Positions 37,965-48,910 of a stretch of DNA of 64,000 bases are shown here, one piece after another. Numbering within the stretch: position 1 is the stretch's first letter; every line of letters starts with the position of its first letter. Origin of the DNA: Nitrospirota bacterium (lineage in GTDB: Bacteria > Nitrospirota > Thermodesulfovibrionia > Thermodesulfovibrionales > Dissulfurispiraceae); assembly GCA_040758355.1 (NCBI GenBank), contig JBFLWF010000002.1, forward strand, positions 32,001 to 96,000, in the 5' to 3' direction. The notes below the pieces were generated by a model. That model was not told the DNA's origin, did no database searches, and worked only from the letters and a program-made list of their open reading frames with translations. The position numbers and the translations under genes are program-made.

Positions 37965-39515
37965 TCAGTATCCCTGTATCTGTTTTATCGCCATAACTGT
38001 CTGGTCACGGAGTATCTTGAGGTAATTCAATTGTCCGCTTGATACCGTTTGAAAGCCCCCTTTATCCCCTTCGATATAAAACATGCCTATTGGTTTGTTG
38101 TTGATGATGATGGGCAGGAGGATGATGAATGCCTGGGAAGGTGCCTTGCTTCTGTACCAATCGGGCAGCAATCCCTTTATGTCGCTTGCAGTAATGTCCT
38201 TTATGACCAGATCCTTCTGCTTTAAGACAGCAACAGCAAATATATTGTCCGTATTTTCAAAGCCTATCTTGAACCATTTTTTTATTTCTTCGATACTGCC
38301 GCCGAACCCAAACCGTATGCTCATGACAGGAAGCTTTGTATCTTTTATGAAGAATAACACATTGGAGAGCCCTGACAACTGCATTCCCCTGTACATGGTT
38401 TCAAGGACGATCCTGATGATGTCATTCAGAGAGAAGTTGCTCATGATTGCGCTGTTGACATCCTGAATCCCCTTTGTAAATATGCTTTCCGGTGTATCTG
38501 CCTTTTCGTTTTCAATGATGCTGTCGATCGTCTTAAGGGAATCTGTTGTAAAATCAAACTGTGCAAGGTCTTCAGCACTCCCGGGCTCCCTGTCTTTCGG
38601 CAGGCCTAAAAGCTGTCTGCTGAATGGAACATTGTTCAGGTTGAGATTAAAGACATTTGAGAACTCGACCAAATCCTGTATTGATGCATCTATTATATCA
38701 ACCATTTTATTGGCGATTACCCCGAAATGGTCTTTAAATGATTTTATGAGTTTGTCTATCTTTTCGCTCCGCTCTTTTTTGTCCGGATACATTGCCATGA
38801 TGCGCGAGATCTTATTCGAAAATGTGGAAAGGCTCCGCAATTTATCCATTTCAGAGGGTTTGGGGGTAATCTCCGATATGCTGAAATCGGGCATGCACTG
38901 TATGATCCTGGAGGGGAAATTCCATTCCTTTGCGAGGGACATGCCGATCCCCTCATACGATGTCCCTAAAACAGAATGGGCTGCAAGATCTTCGGAAATC
39001 CCCTTTTCCTGACTGAAATGCTTTATCTCATCGATCTTCTCCGGAATGGAGAATGCAACCATGAGTCTGCCGAATGTATGAAATAGGGAGCATATGAATA
39101 CCTCTTCCTTATCTCCGAAATTGATGTCCTGAGATATTTTTTGTGACAATATTGCACTGTAAAAAGACTTTACGACCGTATCCATGAGTTCGCTGTCGGA
39201 GCTGTGCTTTTGCAGGTGATCGAAAAGTACGAGGGTAACGGCAATGTTCTTTATATTCTCAAAGCCCAGAAGTATAATCGCCCTTGAAATTGTGGTCACT
39301 TCTCCGAACTGTGCATAATTGACGCTGTTCACCAGCTTTAGAATCCTTGTGGTTAATGCGTAGTCTTTTAAAATGATATTCGCAAACTCGGAGATTGAGG
39401 CATCCTCCGAGGACTTGAATTTGTTCAGGAGATTGACCGTGTTTGACATTGCAGGGAAATCGCTGTTCCGCTGCAGACGGAAAAGGATGGTATCTTTTAT
39501 GTTTTGATTGTCCAC
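37965..39515 (-). CDS. HDOD-domain protein with C-terminal GAF-like domain
   Basis: DFPAM, ILKDYALTTRILKLVNS, TISRAIILLG, LFHTFGRL, WNFP; C-terminal LLPIIINNKPIGMFYIE. Confidence 0.85.
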   Translation of the reverse strand: MDNQNIKDTILFRLQRNSDFPAMSNTVNLLNKFKSSEDASISEFANIILKDYALTTRILKLVNSVNYAQFGEVTTISRAIILLGFENIKNIAVTLVLFDHLQKHSSDSELMDTVVKSFYSAILSQKISQDINFGDKEEVFICSLFHTFGRLMVAFSIPEKIDEIKHFSQEKGISEDLAAHSVLGTSYEGIGMSLAKEWNFPSRIIQCMPDFSISEITPKPSEMDKLRSLSTFSNKISRIMAMYPDKKERSEKIDKLIKSFKDHFGVIANKMVDIIDASIQDLVEFSNVFNLNLNNVPFSRQLLGLPKDREPGSAEDLAQFDFTTDSLKTIDSIIENEKADTPESIFTKGIQDVNSAIMSNFSLNDIIRIVLETMYRGMQLSGLSNVLFFIKDTKLPVMSIRFGFGGSIEEIKKWFKIGFENTDNIFAVAVLKQKDLVIKDITASDIKGLLPDWYRSKAPSQAFIILLPIIINNKPIGMFYIEGDKGGFQTVSSGQLNYLKILRDQTVMAIKQIQGY

Positions 39516-39526
39516 TTTAATATATC

Positions 39527-40109
<583 letters not shown>

Positions 40110-40129
<20 letters not shown>

Positions 40130-40985
40130 TCTTCAATACGCCCTTTAGTTTTTCTTTGTTTGCCTTGGACATTTCGCAGAGCGGCAGCCTGAATTCCTCC
40201 TTGATCTTTCCCATCATCACAAGGGCTGTTTTCACCGGTATCGGATTCGTCTCTATGAACATGGCTGAGTTAATGGGTTCGAGTTTATAATGCAGTTCTC
40301 TGGCCTTTGCTATGTCGCCATTTGCCCACGCATTATACATCTCGGCAGAATCTTTTGGAGCGACATTTGCCGTAACCGATATGGCCCCATGCCCGCCGAG
40401 GGCAAGCAGCGGCAAAGTGGTAAAATCATCTCCTGAAAGCACTGTAAGTCTGTCCCCGCAGAGCCTTATGAGCTCGCTTGCCTGTTTCATGTCGCCGGTG
40501 GCCTCTTTTATGCCAACGATATTCTTACATTCCGTGAGGCGTGCCACTGTTGACGGCAGCATATTCACAGCAGTCCTTCCAGGCACATTATAAAGGACAA
40601 TGGGTATCTTCACCGCATCTGCAACTGCCTTGTAGTGTCTGTAAAGCCCTTCCTGTGTCGGCTTGTTGTAATACGGTGTGACGAGCAGAGCTCCATCAGC
40701 GCCCAATTTCTTTGCCTTTTTGGTTATCTCGATTGCCTCGTCGGTGGAATTCGCACCTGTGCCTGCAATGACCGGAATCCTTTTGTTTGCAGCCTTAACA
40801 GCGACCTCGATGACCCTGTAATGCTCTTCGAATCCGAGGGTTGATGCCTCGCCTGTTGTTCCGCAGGGCACGATGCCGTGAGTGCCTTGCTTTATGTGCC
40901 ACTCGATCAGGTCACCGTAGGTCTTTTCATCGAACTTTCCGTTTTTAAAAGGTGTTACAATTGCAACTATCGAGCCTTTAAACAT
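40110..40985 (-). CDS. dapA: 4-hydroxy-tetrahydrodipicolinate synthase
   Basis: CGTTGE, PYYNKP, LYNVPGRT, GIKEA, NPIPVK. Confidence 0.96.
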
Positions 40986-41000
40986 TTTGTTCCTCCTATT

Positions 41001-41285
41001 TTAAATAAACATCAATCCTGCTCTGTATTTTTCGCTAACCTTCATGCTCCATTGAACAATTGCTATCTTAAGTATAGACGGATTTTCCTTGCTTTTGAAT
41101 ATAATAACCTGCCCCGGTTCCAAAGGGCAATCAGAGGTAAGGCCGATGCCTCCTTCGCTTATATCAATGGATACAGCCGGAAGCATATTCTCGGACTTTC
41201 CGGCCCTGAAGTATTCCAGTTCGGCATCGTAAGGTTTCCTTTCGTACTTCCTTTTTTCCTTTTTATCTTCCTCTGTCAAAGGCAT
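41001..41285 (-). CDS. Stand-alone PilZ-domain protein
   Basis: RKYER (RxxxR) and DISEGG (DxSxxG). Confidence 0.85.
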   Translation of the reverse strand: MPLTEEDKKEKRKYERKPYDAELEYFRAGKSENMLPAVSIDISEGGIGLTSDCPLEPGQVIIFKSKENPSILKIAIVQWSMKVSEKYRAGLMFI

Positions 41286-41326
41286 ATCTCCCTTCCGCTT
41301 AAGTTTATTCTACTACGATTTTCCGG

Positions 41327-42436
41327 TTAAATGAACATCAATCCTGCCCGATACTTATCTCTGTCCTTTTTGCTCCATATTACGACGGCACTTTTCGGAT
41401 GCGGGGTATCCTTAATCTTAAACGTGATAATCTGTCCAGTCTCCATCTCGTGATCCGAAGTGATGCCCATCCCTGATTCGCTGATATCAACACAGATGCA
41501 GGCACGGGAAGCTCCCTTTGATTTCCCCTTTTCAGAGAACTCCAGGGGCATGGAGCAGGTATGTCGCTGGTGCCTTCTTCTGTCCTTCCCTTGTGCTGCT
41601 GAATAGTGTACCATGCCCTGAAAGACTTCTGATGCCGGGCCGGTCATATAGACATGGTTATTTGCATGCCATTCTATTAAAAGATTTCCGCCGAGGATCT
41701 GTACGGATACATTCCTTTCTGTTAATCCCTTTAGCATTGCAGCCACACCGGTTGCCGATGCGCCGGTCCCGCACGCCATTGTCTCGCCCGAGCCCCTTTC
41801 CCATACCCTCATTAATAGTTTGGTTCTGCTTTGCACATTAACAAACTCCACGTTCGTCTTCTTTGGGAACATAGGATGTTTTTCGATCAGAGGGCCATAC
41901 GTTGATACAGGGAAGTCCGATATGTTCTCGCCGAGAAAGATTACTGCATGTGGATTGCCCATGGACACGCAGGTTATTTTAAAGCCCCTGTCTTTAATTT
42001 GCAGAGGATAGTCTATTATGGGCGGTGAGGACTTAATATTCACGGGAATCTTCTCTGGTTCCAGAATGGGTTCTCCCATATCCACTTTCACCATATCTCC
42101 GGCACGCTCGGGTTTTATTATTCCTGCGAGGGTCTCTATTTCGAGGATGTCTTTTCTTGAAAGTTCCCTGTCCCATATATATCTGGCAAAGCACCGTATG
42201 CCGTTGCCGCACATCTCGACCTCGCCGCCGTCGGCATTGTATATCTTCATCTTGAAGTCAGCGATTTCCGAAGGACAGAGGAGCAGTATCTGGTCGGCGC
42301 CTATGCCGAATCTCCTGTGGCAGAGGGTCTTGCTTAAGTCTTCAAGCTCCAGACCGGTGACCTCTGGCTGCTCTATGCAGTCAATGAGAATAAAGTCATT
42401 TCCAGATCCATGCATTTTTGTGAACGATATTTCCAT
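41327..42436 (-). CDS. dapF: Diaminopimelate epimerase with C-terminal PilZ domain
   Basis: KMHGSGNDF, EMCGNG, SMGNPH, ERGSGETMACGTG; then RRHQR and DISESG. Confidence 0.92.
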   Translation of the reverse strand: MEISFTKMHGSGNDFILIDCIEQPEVTGLELEDLSKTLCHRRFGIGADQILLLCPSEIADFKMKIYNADGGEVEMCGNGIRCFARYIWDRELSRKDILEIETLAGIIKPERAGDMVKVDMGEPILEPEKIPVNIKSSPPIIDYPLQIKDRGFKITCVSMGNPHAVIFLGENISDFPVSTYGPLIEKHPMFPKKTNVEFVNVQSRTKLLMRVWERGSGETMACGTGASATGVAAMLKGLTERNVSVQILGGNLLIEWHANNHVYMTGPASEVFQGMVHYSAAQGKDRRRHQRHTCSMPLEFSEKGKSKGASRACICVDISESGMGITSDHEMETGQIITFKIKDTPHPKSAVVIWSKKDRDKYRAGLMFI

Positions 42437-43689
42437 CAGACAAACTCCGGTACGGCCTCTCCTCTAATAATATCACTAAAAGTTTCTCTTTTCCTTATCA
42501 ATTTATATTTCTTGCCTTTTACCATGACCTCTGCTGCTTTCGGCCTGCTGTTATAGTTGGATGACATTGTAAAGCCGTAAGCACCAGCACTCATTACAGC
42601 AAGGTATTCACCATTTTTGACCTTCTGCATCTCTCTGTCTTTTGCCAAAAAATCACCAGATTCGCAGATTGGTCCTACGATATCGGCAATTATCTTGTCC
42701 CTTTTATTTTTAATAACCGGCTGGATATGATGGTATGCGCCGTAGAGGGTCGGCCTCATTAAATCGTTCATTCCAGCATCAACGATCACAAACTCCTTTT
42801 CGTGCCCCTTCTTTAAATAAAGGGTCTTTGTTACAAGAATCCCTGCATTTCCTACGAGAGACCTTCCTGGCTCAAGGACAACGGTTACTTTCCTGCCTTT
42901 GAGTAATGGCAATATGTTCTTTGCGAGTTGAGCCGGATTCGGAGGCATTTCATCCCTGTACGTGATTCCAAGACCTCCTCCTATATCCAGATAGTTGATA
43001 CCGATTCCCTGCTTTGTAAGTTCATCCACGAGTATCAGTATCCTTTTTAATGCATCTACAAATGGCGATACCTTTGTAAGCTGAGAGCCTATGTGCTTGT
43101 GTATGCCAACAATCTTAATGTTTTTAAGGCTATTAGCGAGCCTGTAATATTCCAATGCATCCTCGATAGGAATGCCGAATTTGTGCTTCTTTAACCCTGT
43201 CGAGATGTAGGGATGCGTTTCAGGGTCTATGTCAGGGTTTATTCTCAGGGCAATTGGCGCCTTTGTCTTCATCTTTTCTGCAATCCTGTCGATCTCCCTG
43301 AGTTCATCCTCGGACTCCACATTGAACATCAATATCTTGCTCTTCAATGCGTATATTATCTCTTCCTCTGTCTTTCCGACCCCTGCATATACTATCTTTT
43401 TAGCCGGCATGCCTGCCTTCAATGCCCTGAAGAGTTCTCCTCCCGAGACAACATCGGCGCCGCCGCCGTTTTTTGCAAAGAGCCTTATTATGGCTGCATT
43501 GGAGTTTGCCTTTAATGCAAAACAAATAATGTGTGGAAAACCGTCAAATGCTGTTTCGTAGGCCTTGAAGTGATTCAGAAGCGTGTTGTAGCTGTAGATA
43601 TAAAGCGGTGTTCCGAATTCTTTGGCGATTTTCCTGACAGGTACGTCCTCTGCGTATAATTCGCCGTTTTTATACTGGAAGAGGTGCAT
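42436..43689 (-). CDS. lysA: Diaminopimelate decarboxylase
   Basis: FALKAN, HIGSQ, DIGGG, EPGR, GPICESGD, SSNYN; SD before ATG 43689. Confidence 0.95.
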   Translation of the reverse strand: MHLFQYKNGELYAEDVPVRKIAKEFGTPLYIYSYNTLLNHFKAYETAFDGFPHIICFALKANSNAAIIRLFAKNGGGADVVSGGELFRALKAGMPAKKIVYAGVGKTEEEIIYALKSKILMFNVESEDELREIDRIAEKMKTKAPIALRINPDIDPETHPYISTGLKKHKFGIPIEDALEYYRLANSLKNIKIVGIHKHIGSQLTKVSPFVDALKRILILVDELTKQGIGINYLDIGGGLGITYRDEMPPNPAQLAKNILPLLKGRKVTVVLEPGRSLVGNAGILVTKTLYLKKGHEKEFVIVDAGMNDLMRPTLYGAYHHIQPVIKNKRDKIIADIVGPICESGDFLAKDREMQKVKNGEYLAVMSAGAYGFTMSSNYNSRPKAAEVMVKGKKYKLIRKRETFSDIIRGEAVPEFV

Positions 43690-43778
43690 GTAATCTCCTT
43701 TATTTGTTTGATTTTTTTTATGTTTTTTTACCATAATATGCGGAAAAAGTCAAAAAATATAACTAATTTGAGCGATTT

Positions 43779-43944
43779 TATATGTCAGGCACTGCTCAAA
43801 GACTTTAAAAAGTGCTATTTCAAGTGTATATGAAAGATAATAAATATATAATCCAGCAAGTATCCAATGTAGTAGATGACGGATATAAGATAAATGTTTT
43901 TACAAGTGCGTGGTTTAAAGTCTTTTCGCAGCACCTGACATATA
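43779..43944. mobile_element. MITE-like element with ~31-bp imperfect TIRs (outer degenerate arms extend to ~43761-43974)
   Basis: TATATGTCAGGCACTGCTCAAAGACTTTAAA versus reverse complement of right arm TATATGTCAGGTGCTGCGAAAAGACTTTAAA. Confidence 0.7.
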
Positions 43945-43976
43945 TTTTTAGAGTTAGAATCACTCAGTTTAGGTAT

Positions 43977-44153
43977 AAGACACATGCAGGGTATGCTGAA
44001 AAAAGACTTTGCACTTCAGAATATTAGACTGCATAGTCTTGAATCTGTCATCTACAACATTGGTTACTATTTAGGCAAGGCGTTGGTTATCTCTGGCATA
44101 CACAGAGAATAACACTTTGTAAAGGCTTTTTCAGCATACCCTGCATGTGTCTT
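43977..44153. mobile_element. MITE-like element with 27-bp perfect TIRs
   Basis: AAGACACATGCAGGGTATGCTGAAAAA ... TTTTTCAGCATACCCTGCATGTGTCTT. Confidence 0.75.
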
Positions 44154-44241
44154 TACGTTATAATTAGGCAACTTGCGCAATTTGGGGTAAAGAAAGGTTA
44201 AGATTAAGGTTAAGGTTAAGGAAAAGAGGAAAGGGGTAAAA

Positions 44242-46176
44242 ATGGGAAAGAACATTGTACAGAAAATATTTGAGGCTCACAGGGCTTCCGGAGAGATAAA
44301 GGAAGGGAGTCTGATAGGATTAAAGGTCGATCAGGTCTATACACAGGATGCCACGGGAACGATGGCCTGGCTTGAGTTCGAGGCAATAGGCATTGACAGG
44401 GTAAGGGTTCCCCTTGCTGTCAGTTATGTTGACCACAATATGCTCCAGTCAAACTTTATGAATGCCGATGACCATCTGTTTTTACAGACCGCTGCTGCAA
44501 AATTCGGCGCATACTTTTCAAAGCCAGGAAACGGAATATGCCATCAGGTTCATCTCGAGAGGTTTGCAGCGCCCGGTAAGATAGCCCTCGGCACTGACAG
44601 CCACACCCCGACAGGCGGTGGAATGGGCATGATAGCCATAGGTGTTGGAGGGCTTGAGGCTGCAACAGTTATGGCAGGTGCACCCTTTGAGACGAATATG
44701 CCGAAGGTTGTGAGGATTAATCTCAAAGGCAGGCTCCAGAGGCCATGGGTTACTGCAATGGATGTTATCCTCGCGCTTTTGAAGATGCTCACAGTAAAAG
44801 GCGGCGTGGGGAAAATACTCGAGTACGGAGGCGAGGGCGTAAAAGACCTGAATGTCACGGAGAGGGCGACCATCACAAACATGGGAGCTGAGCTCGGCGC
44901 AACAACATCGATATTCCCAAGCGATGAAAAGACTCTTTCTTTTCTAAAGGCGCAGGGCAGGGAAAAGGATTGGATGGAGTTAAAGGCAGATGATGACGCC
45001 GAATATGCAGAAATTATAGAGCTTGATTTAAGCACTGTTGAGCCCATGATCGCACAGCCCCACAGCCCTGACAATGTCGTGGCGATTAAAGAGATAGCAG
45101 GCAAAAAGGTCAATCAGGTCTGCATAGGAAGCTGTACAAATTCATCCTATCAGGCAATGAAGGCTGTTGCATCCATATTGTGTAGAAATACAATTCCCGA
45201 ATGGGTGAATCTTTTGATAAATCCGGGCTCAAAACAGGTTTACGAAATGCTTTCGAGGGAAGGGCTCATAGCAGATATGATCTCTGCCGGTGCAAGGATT
45301 CTTGAGGCATCATGCGGCCCCTGCATTGGAATGGGCGGCGCTCCGGGATCAGGCCATGTATCCATAAGGTCCTACAACAGGAACTTCCATGGAAGGTCAG
45401 GAACAAAGGATGCCTTTGTTTATCTCACAAATCCCATTGCCTGTGCTGTGATGGCTGTAAAGGGGGAGATTATAGATCCCCGTGATGCAGGGCTTAAAAT
45501 CGATGAAATAAAAGAGCCGGATAAGTTTTTGATAAATGACAATCTCATTATCCCTCCGAAGGCCGATACAAAGGATATAAAGATAATAAAAGGCCCGAAC
45601 ATAAAAGAGGTGCCTGTAAAAGAGCCGTTTAAGAAGAACATAGAGGCAGAGGTATTGTTAAAGCTCGGAAATAACATCACAACAGACGACATAATGCCTG
45701 CCGGCTCTAAAGTCCTTCCTTTCAGGTCAAACATACCTGCAATTTCCGAATTTGTCTTTGAGAATATCGACAGGACATTCAGCAAGCGTGCAGTGGAGGC
45801 AAAGGAAAGCGGCGGCGGGATAATCATCGGCGGAGAGAACTACGGACAGGGTTCATCGAGGGAACATGCAGCCATTGCGCCCATGTATTTAGGACTTCAG
45901 GCCGTCATTGCAAAGTCCTTTGCAAGGATACACAGGGCTAATCTCATAAACTTCGGGGTTCTGCCGCTTTTATTCAAGTCAGAGGGCGATTATGAGAAAA
46001 TAGAACAGGGAGACAGGCTTTTAATAAGGGATGTCATCGGCTCTATCAAAGGAGACCAGAACTTCAAGGTCGAAAACCTGACAAAGGGTTATGCCTTTGA
46101 GGTTATATCAAATCTCAATGATAGAGAAAAGGAACTGATCTTAAAGGGCGGGCTTCTGCCGCATGTAAGACGCTGA
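44242..46176 (+). CDS. Aconitate hydratase (single chain, aconitase family)
   Basis: QDATG, DHN, GICHQV, DSHT, GSCTN, CGPCIG, NRNF, TDDI, GSSREHA. Confidence 0.88.
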   Translation: MGKNIVQKIFEAHRASGEIKEGSLIGLKVDQVYTQDATGTMAWLEFEAIGIDRVRVPLAVSYVDHNMLQSNFMNADDHLFLQTAAAKFGAYFSKPGNGICHQVHLERFAAPGKIALGTDSHTPTGGGMGMIAIGVGGLEAATVMAGAPFETNMPKVVRINLKGRLQRPWVTAMDVILALLKMLTVKGGVGKILEYGGEGVKDLNVTERATITNMGAELGATTSIFPSDEKTLSFLKAQGREKDWMELKADDDAEYAEIIELDLSTVEPMIAQPHSPDNVVAIKEIAGKKVNQVCIGSCTNSSYQAMKAVASILCRNTIPEWVNLLINPGSKQVYEMLSREGLIADMISAGARILEASCGPCIGMGGAPGSGHVSIRSYNRNFHGRSGTKDAFVYLTNPIACAVMAVKGEIIDPRDAGLKIDEIKEPDKFLINDNLIIPPKADTKDIKIIKGPNIKEVPVKEPFKKNIEAEVLLKLGNNITTDDIMPAGSKVLPFRSNIPAISEFVFENIDRTFSKRAVEAKESGGGIIIGGENYGQGSSREHAAIAPMYLGLQAVIAKSFARIHRANLINFGVLPLLFKSEGDYEKIEQGDRLLIRDVIGSIKGDQNFKVENLTKGYAFEVISNLNDREKELILKGGLLPHVRR

Positions 46177-46266
46177 GCAGCGGGTAGCGGATTGACAAAA
46201 AAGCCGTACAAATTGTAAATTATTAGTCTTAAACTCGCCAAAAAAATCGAAGATTTTTGGCGCTGA

Positions 46267-46339
46267 GGGCCGCTAGCTCAGTTGGTAGAGCAACGCCCTT
46301 TTAAGGCGTGGGTCGTTGGTTCGAATCCAACGCGGCTCA
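46267..46339 (+). tRNA. tRNA-Lys (anticodon TTT)
   Basis: GGGCCGC acceptor stem, D-arm, ACGCC-CTTTTAA-GGCGT anticodon arm, GTTCGAATC; no encoded CCA. Confidence 0.95.
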
Positions 46340-46340
46340 T

Positions 46341-46415
46341 GTCCCCATCGTCTAGCCCGGCCTAGGACATCGCCCTTTCAAGGCGGTAACATGGGTTCGA
46401 ATCCCATTGGGGACG
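46341..46415 (+). tRNA. tRNA-Glu (anticodon TTC)
   Basis: GTCCCCA/TGGGGAC acceptor stem, CGCC-CTTTCAA-GGCG anticodon arm, GTTCGAATC; no encoded CCA. Confidence 0.95.
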
Positions 46416-46427
46416 CTTGAAAAATAG

Positions 46428-46457
46428 AAAGGGCTTGCTGCAAGCAAGCCCTTTTTT
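46428..46457 (+). terminator. Intrinsic terminator of the tRNA operon
   Basis: AAAGGGCTTGC-TGCAA-GCAAGCCC-T6. Confidence 0.85.
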
Positions 46458-46692
46458 GTTTGTCCTCAAGAGACCTGTTAAAATATCCTACTGCGAATGG
46501 GCGATCCCTAACAGAACTATGAACAAAAGCCAGACCATCATTCCAAGGAATACCCTGTAGAATATTGAATTTGCTCTGTCCATTCTTTCCCCCAAAATTT
46601 ATGCCTAAAATTATCATCGGATTTTTTTAAATATCCTTTACACCTGAAACATTCTCCTTACCCCTATGACCTGTTTTTGCTATAATCAGCAT

Positions 46693-47661
46693 ATGGATTT
46701 TTTAAATGTACTTTTTCCGATTTCGGGTGTAAGAACTAATATCTTCTTACCCCCGCTGGTCGCGATGTTTATCTCTTTTTTCACTTCAATGGGCGGTATT
46801 TCTGGTGCATTCCTTTTGCTTCCGTTTCAGATGAGTGTTTTGAATTACACTGCTCCTTCGGTAAGCGGCACAAATCATGTCTTTAATATTGTGGCAATAC
46901 CGAGCGGTGTTTACCGCTACATCAGGGAAGGCCGGATGGCATGGCCTTTGACATGGGTAGTTGTTGCAGGCACACTGCCCGGCGTCTTCCTTGGCTACTA
47001 TGTAAGGGTTTTGTATCTCCCCGACCCAAGGGCATTTAAATTCTTTGTGGGCTGCGTTCTTTTTTACATAGGGACTCGTCTTTTAAAAGAGATTCTGATC
47101 AGGAATAAAAAATCCTCCGCATCAAAGGCTCTGGAAGAGAAGTTTAAGGCAAGGACGAATGAGATAAGGCAGCAACAGGCTTCAACAATAGTAGCGGGTT
47201 TGCCTGCTGAGGCAGTGGTAAAGACAATAGCTGTTTCATTAAAGGAGATAGAATACGAATTCTGGGGAGAAAGGTTCTCTTTCAATACCATGGGCATGTT
47301 CATCCTTGCCCTTGTGGTGGGGATCATTGGCGGTGCATATGGAATCGGCGGCGGCTCCATTATCGCCCCGTTCTGCGTGGCTGTTTTTCACCTGCCTGTC
47401 TATACCATTGCAGGCGCTGCATTGATGGGGACTTTCATAACTTCGGTTGCAGGCGCACTGTTTTTCACTATTATTCCTGTAGCCGGCGGTGTTTCAGCCA
47501 TGCCTGATTGGCCGCTGGGAATATTATTCGGCATCGGCGGATTTGTCGGGATGTATTTGGGTGCGAGGTTTCAGAAGTTTGTTCCGCAGAAATTTATAAA
47601 GCTGATGCTTGGCATTGTTATAGTCTTTCTTGCAATAAGATATATTGTTCAGTATTTCTAA
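46693..47661 (+). CDS. TauE/SafE-family membrane exporter
   Basis: MGGISGAFLLLP and GAYGIGGGSIIAP half-repeats; many TM segments. Confidence 0.85.
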   Translation: MDFLNVLFPISGVRTNIFLPPLVAMFISFFTSMGGISGAFLLLPFQMSVLNYTAPSVSGTNHVFNIVAIPSGVYRYIREGRMAWPLTWVVVAGTLPGVFLGYYVRVLYLPDPRAFKFFVGCVLFYIGTRLLKEILIRNKKSSASKALEEKFKARTNEIRQQQASTIVAGLPAEAVVKTIAVSLKEIEYEFWGERFSFNTMGMFILALVVGIIGGAYGIGGGSIIAPFCVAVFHLPVYTIAGAALMGTFITSVAGALFFTIIPVAGGVSAMPDWPLGILFGIGGFVGMYLGARFQKFVPQKFIKLMLGIVIVFLAIRYIVQYF

Positions 47662-48818
47662 TGAATAAAAGGCCTACAATCATTCAGTTGTTCCTCTCTT
47701 TTCTGAGGCTCGGCATTACAGCCTTTGGTGGCCCTGCAATGGTTCAGTACATAAAGGAGCTTTCGGTAAAACGCAATAAGTGGGTGGACGAAGAGACATT
47801 TAAGGAAGGTATCGCCCTCTGTCAATCCATACCTGGTGCAACTGCAATACAGATGGCGGCTTATGTTGGATTGAGAACGAAAGGGATAACAGGTGCATTA
47901 TTATCGTATATTGGATTTGGACTGCCTGCATTTATCCTGATGCTGATACTTTCAGCGTTATACGAGAGATCCCATAACATCCCACAGATCATTTCATTGT
48001 TCAATGGTCTTCAGGTTATTGTTGTTGCCCTCATCGCCAATGCAACCTATTCCTTTGGCAGAGGCATTTTAAAAGGTTACAGGGATATTTTTATATCTGC
48101 CATGTCAATCCTCCTTTTCTGGTCAGGCGTAAGCCCCTTTATAGTCATTATAGGTGCTGCCCTGACAGGCATCGTCTTTTTCAGAGGTATCAGCTTCACA
48201 ATCTCTTCAGTTCATGGCAAGAAAAGGAACCGATGGATGTTCAAGCAAATTGCGCTGCTATTTTTAATCCTGCTGGCAGGACTTTCGGTGCTTTATGTTG
48301 TAGACACGAAGCTCTTTAAACTGGCAACAATGATGCTCAGGATAGACCTTTTTGCATTCGGAGGCGGTTTCGCATCACTGCCATTAATGCTTCATGAAGT
48401 AGTAAATGTAAGGGAATGGATGGACCATAAGACATTCATGGATGGGATTGCATTAGGTCAGATCACCCCTGGCCCTATTGTCATCACTGCTACCTTCGTT
48501 GGGTATTTGTTATATGGCCTGTTGGGCTCTATAGTGGCAACCATAGCAATATTTACACCTTCCTTCTTAATACTGGTTGTTGTCACACCTTTCTTTGACA
48601 GACTTAAGACATCCGCGTATTTTTTAATGGCAACAAAAGGAATATTTGCATCCTTTGTCGGACTTTTATTTTATGTGACTTTAAAATTTGCATTGGCTGT
48701 GCCATGGGATATTGTCAGGGTTTTATTAGGAGCGGCTGCTTTCATTGCACTATTAAAAAGGGTTGACGTCCTTTATGTTGTGCTCACAGGCGCTGCCATT
48801 TCGATAGCTGTGTTTTGA
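47661..48818 (+). CDS. chrA: Chromate efflux transporter (long-chain CHR)
   Basis: AFGG..QSIPG and AFGGG..QITPGP duplicated motifs. Confidence 0.9.
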   Translation: MNKRPTIIQLFLSFLRLGITAFGGPAMVQYIKELSVKRNKWVDEETFKEGIALCQSIPGATAIQMAAYVGLRTKGITGALLSYIGFGLPAFILMLILSALYERSHNIPQIISLFNGLQVIVVALIANATYSFGRGILKGYRDIFISAMSILLFWSGVSPFIVIIGAALTGIVFFRGISFTISSVHGKKRNRWMFKQIALLFLILLAGLSVLYVVDTKLFKLATMMLRIDLFAFGGGFASLPLMLHEVVNVREWMDHKTFMDGIALGQITPGPIVITATFVGYLLYGLLGSIVATIAIFTPSFLILVVVTPFFDRLKTSAYFLMATKGIFASFVGLLFYVTLKFALAVPWDIVRVLLGAAAFIALLKRVDVLYVVLTGAAISIAVF

Positions 48819-48910
48819 GGTGGATATTATTGTGAAAGGAGTATTAAAATGGAAAAGTTTTGCATGAGCCCGTTAGAAAATGTTTTTCTAACGAGGTGAG
48901 GAGGGATAGA

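Noticed and set aside
43812..44255. Short ORFs 43812-44027 and 44067-44255 sharing KTHAGYAEK
   Set aside because: The shared peptide is a by-product of the inverted repeats; no SD or family motifs.
46378..46617. 79-aa minus-strand ORF
   Set aside because: Overlaps tRNA-Glu and its terminator in antisense; spurious.
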